A stretch of 64,000 nucleotides of DNA from Podargus strigoides (taxonomy: Eukaryota), in assembly GCA_028020825.1 (NCBI GenBank), contig CM051638.1:14336861-14400860 (forward strand), read 5' to 3'. A program made the position numbers and the translations under genes. The notes beneath the pieces were generated by a model. That model had not been told where the DNA came from. It worked only from the letters and a program-made list of their open reading frames with translations, and did no database searches. Below are positions 61,001 through 64,000 of this stretch, piece by piece (positions within the stretch are counted from its first letter, which is position 1; the number at the start of each line of letters is the position of its first letter).

Positions 61001-62010
61001 GGGACAGGAAGCCAAGGGGGACCCACAAAGTGGGGTAGGGATCAGTGCTGGGTGACAGCAGGCCTAGGGGGACACACACCGTGGGTGAGGGAATAGTGCT
61101 GGGGGATAGCAGGCCTAGGTGGGCATACACAGTGGGTGAGGGAAGAGTGCTGGGGGAAGGCAGGCTTAGGGGGGCACACACAGTGGGTGCGGGAACCTTG
61201 CTGGGGGACAGCAGGCCTAGGGGGACACACACAGTGGGTGAGGGAAAAGTGTTGGGGGACATCAGCCCTAGGGGTGCACACACAGTGGGTGCGGGAACAG
61301 TGTTGGGGGACAGCAGGCCTAGGGGGACACACACAGTGTGTGAGGGAACTGTGCTGGTGGACAGCAGGCCTAGGGGGGCATACACAGTGGGTGCGGGAAC
61401 AGTGTTGGGGGACAGCAGGCCTCGGGGGACACACACAGTGGGTGAGGAAACAGTGCTGGGGGACAGCAGGCCTAGGGGGACACACACAGTGTGTGAGGGA
61501 CCAGTGCTGGGTGATAGCAGGCCTTGGGGGACACACACGGTGGGTGAGGGAACAGTGCTGGGGGACAGCAGGCCTAGGGGGACACACACCATAGGTGAGG
61601 GAACAGTGCTGGGGGACAGCAGGCCTAGGGGGGAATCCACAGTGGGTGAGGGAACAGTGTTGGGGGACAGCAGGCCTATGGGGGCATACACAGTGGGTGC
61701 GGGAACAGTGTTGGGGGACAGCAGGCCTTGGGGGACACACACAGTGGGTGAGGGAACAGTGCTGGGTGATAGCAGGCCTAGGGTGACACACACATAGGGT
61801 GAGGAAACAGTGTTGGGGGACAGCAGGCCTAGGGGGGCACACACAGTGTGTGTGGGAACCATGCTGGGGGACAGGAAGCCAAGGGGGACCCACAAAGTGG
61901 GGTAGGGAACAGTGCTGGGTGACAGCAGGCCTAGGGGGACACACACCGTGGGTGAGGGAATAGTGCTGGGGGATAGCAGGCCTAGGTGGGCATACACAGT
62001 GGGTGAGGGA
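58030..62010. repeat. Two tandem copies of a 1,989-bp higher-order repeat (39 units), about 99% identical
   Basis: 58471..59037(-) versus 60460..61026(-) is 188 aa with 2 differences. 58342..58671(+) versus 60331..60660(+) is 109 aa with 1 difference. 58739..58930(+) versus 60728..60919(+) and 59056..(+) versus 61045..(+) also match. All offsets are exactly 1,989, which is 39 x 51. Confidence 0.85.
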
Positions 62011-64000
62011 AGAGTGCTGGGGGAAGGCAGGCTTAGGGGGGCACACACAGTGGGTGCGGGAACCTTGCTGGGGGACAGCAGGCCTAGGGGGACACACACA
62101 GTGGGTGAGGGAACAGTGTTGGGGGACAGCAGGCCTAGGGGGGCACACACAATGGGTGAGGGAACAGTGTTGGGGGACAGCAGGCCTAGGGGGGCACAAA
62201 CAGTCGGGTAGGGAACAGTGCTGGGGGACAGCAGGCCTAGGGGGACAAACACAGTGTGTGAAGGAACAGTGCTGGGGGACAGCTGGATTAGGGGGACACA
62301 CAATGCGTGAGGGAACTGTGTTGCGGGACAGCAGTCCTAGGGGGACACACACAGTGGGTGAGGAAACAGTGTTGGGGGACAGCAGGCCTAGGGGGACACA
62401 CACAGTGGGTGGGGAACAGTGCTGTGTGACAGCAGGCCTAGGGGGACACACAGCGTCGGTGAGAGAATAGTGCTGGGGGATAGCAGGCCTAGGTGGGCAT
62501 ACACAGTGGGTGAGGGAAGAGTGCTGGGGGAAGGCAGGCTTAGGGGGGCACACACAGTGGGTGCGGGAAACTTGCTGGGGGACAGCAGGCCTAGGGGGAA
62601 ACACAGAGTGGGTGAGGGAAAAGTGTTGGGGGACAGCAGGCCTAGGGGGGCATACACAGTGGGTGAGGGAACAGTGTTGGGGGACAGCAGGCCTAGGGGG
62701 ACACACACAGTGGGTGAGGGAACAGTGTTGGGGGACAGCAGCCCTAGGGGTGCACACACAGTGGGTGAGGGAACAGTGTTGGGGGACAGCAGGCCTAGGG
62801 GGACACACACATTGGGTGAGGGACCAGTGCTGTGGGACAGCAGGCCTAGGGGGACACACACAGTGGGTGAGGGAACAGTGCTGGGGGACAGCAGGCCTAG
62901 GGGGACACACACATTGGGTGAGGAAAGAGTGTTGGGGGACAGCAGGCCTAGGGGGACACACAGAGTGGGTGAGGGAACAGTGTTGGGGGACAGCAGGCCT
63001 AGGGGGGCACACACAATGGGTGAGGGAACAGTGTTGGGGGACAGCAGGCCTAGGGGGGGCACACACAGTCGGGTAGGGAACAGTGCTGGGGAACAGCAGG
63101 CCTAGGGGGACAAAGACAGTGGGTGAAGGAACAGTGCTGGGGGACAGCTGGATTAGGGGGACACACAGTGCGTGAGGGAACTGTGTTGCGGGACAGCAGT
63201 CCTAGGGGGACACACACAGTGGGTTAGGAAACAGTGCTGGGGGACAGCAGGCCTAGGGGGACACACACAGTGTGTGAGGGAACTGTGCTGGGGGACAGCA
63301 GGCCTAGGGGGACACACACAGTGGGTGAGGTAACAGTACTGGGTGATAGCAGGCCTAGGGGGACACACGCATAGGGTGAGGAAAGAGTGTTGGGGGACAG
63401 CAGGCCAAGGGGACACACAGAGTGGGTGAAGGAACAGTGTTGGGGGACAGCAGGCCTAGGGGGGCACACACAGTGTGTGTGGGAACCATGCTGGGGGACA
63501 GCAAGCTAAGGGGGACCCACAAAGTGGGGTAGGGAACAGTGCTGGGTGACAGCCGGCCTAGGGGGACACACACCGTGGGTGAGGGAATAGTGCTGGGGGA
63601 TAACAGGCCTAGGTGGGCATACACAGTGGGTGAGGGAAGAGTGCTGGGGGACAGCAGGCCTAGGAGGACCCACACAGTGGGGTAGGGAACAGTGCTGGGT
63701 GACAGCAGTCCTAGGGGGACACACAGAGTGGGTAAGGGAACATTGCTGGATGACAGCAGTCCTAGGGCGACACACACAGTGGGTGAGGGAACAGTGTTGG
63801 GGGACAGCAGGCCTAGGGGGGCACAAACAGTGGGTGAGGGAACAGTGCTGGGGGACAGCAGGCCTAGGGGGACACACACAGTGGATGAGGAAACAGCGTT
63901 TGGGGACAGCAGGCCTAGGGGGACACACACAGTGGGTGAGGGAACAGTGCTCGGGAACAGCAGGACTAGGGGGACACACACAGTGGGTCAGGGGACAGTG

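Larger units (their letters stand above)
37838..64000. repeat. 51-bp tandem satellite array, about 510 units and more than 26 kb, continuing past the window end. Plus-strand consensus GGGGGACAGCAGGCCTAGGGGGACACACACAGTGGGTGAGGGAACAGTGTT.
   Basis: The period was measured directly: CCTAGG recurs at 38101, 38152 and 38203 (51 bp). All six frames show 17-aa periodic translations (GDSRPRGTHTVGEGTVL, PLGLLSPSTVPSPTVCV, CPPRPAVPQHCSLTHCV). The first diverged unit is at about 37838 (gcagcaggcctaggataaaacacacagtgggttagggaacagtgt). Confidence 0.98.

Noticed and set aside
37838-64000. Dozens of very long ORFs on both strands, up to 1,500 aa (57801..62303 minus). They encode Pro/Gly/Cys-rich 17-aa repeats such as CPPRPAVPQHCSLTHCV and GDSRPRGTHTVGEGTVL.
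   Set aside because: They are a pure consequence of the 51-bp (17-codon) satellite period lacking stop codons in several frames. The same DNA is open on both strands, there is no start context, no splice structure and no codon-usage signal. These are not genes.
37838-64000. Reading the regular short-period array as a CRISPR array.
   Set aside because: There are no unique spacers: every unit is a variant of the same 51-mer. There are no cas genes and no leader. The flanking DNA contains spliced vertebrate genes and LINE/ERV elements, which gives a eukaryotic context.
1-64000. A prokaryotic defence system, operon or other novel bacterial gene cluster, as suggested by the task framing.
   Set aside because: The sequence contains a multi-exon vertebrate gene (MVP) with GT/AG introns, CR1 LINEs and endogenous retroviruses. 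No bacterial-type gene organisation is present.

Overview
This window is eukaryotic, avian-type genomic DNA, not prokaryotic. I found no operons, CRISPR arrays, cas-like or defence-system genes, rRNA or tRNA genes.

The window has three zones.

(1) About 1-25.2 kb is a transposon graveyard.
- Three unrelated, truncated endogenous-retrovirus (ERV) 3' halves are present: minus-strand ERV-A, plus-strand ERV-B and minus-strand ERV-C.
- They are interleaved with at least nine CR1 LINE copies or fragments, recognisable from EEP-endonuclease/RT ORF2 translations and from the diagnostic CR1 3' tail (ATTCTRTG)n.
- One CR1 copy is a full-length, ~4.57 kb element at 13.23-17.8 kb. Its ORF1 (356 aa, esterase-like) is intact and its ORF2 is almost intact (895 aa plus a frameshifted last ~64 aa).

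(2) About 26.9-37.8 kb holds a complete major vault protein gene (MVP) on the minus strand.
- I reconstructed 16 coding exons with GT/AG boundaries, totalling 2,565 nt or 854 aa. The match to MVP is strong.
- There is a poly(A) signal 34 nt after the stop, and a CpG-island promoter with two CCAAT boxes.
- The introns are packed with G-rich degenerate minisatellites and contain a CR1 fragment.

(3) From 37,838 to the window end (more than 26 kb, about 510 units) is an uninterrupted 51-bp satellite array.
- The plus-strand consensus is GGGGGACAGCAGGCCTAGGGGGACACACACAGTGGGTGAGGGAACAGTGTT.
- It has nested higher-order repeats: two sequence-identical 4,885-bp blocks, a 1,989-bp (39-unit) block, ~1,525-bp and ~489-bp local duplications, and a recurring marker variant unit.
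- The array starts about 60-85 bp from the MVP CCAAT boxes.
- Because 51 bp is 17 codons, the array produces huge stop-free pseudo-ORFs on both strands (up to 1,500 aa). These are artefacts.

The most interesting features are the structured satellite directly abutting an active-looking housekeeping promoter, and the potentially young full-length CR1. Coordinates of exon boundaries are hand-derived and should be taken as within about 2 bp.
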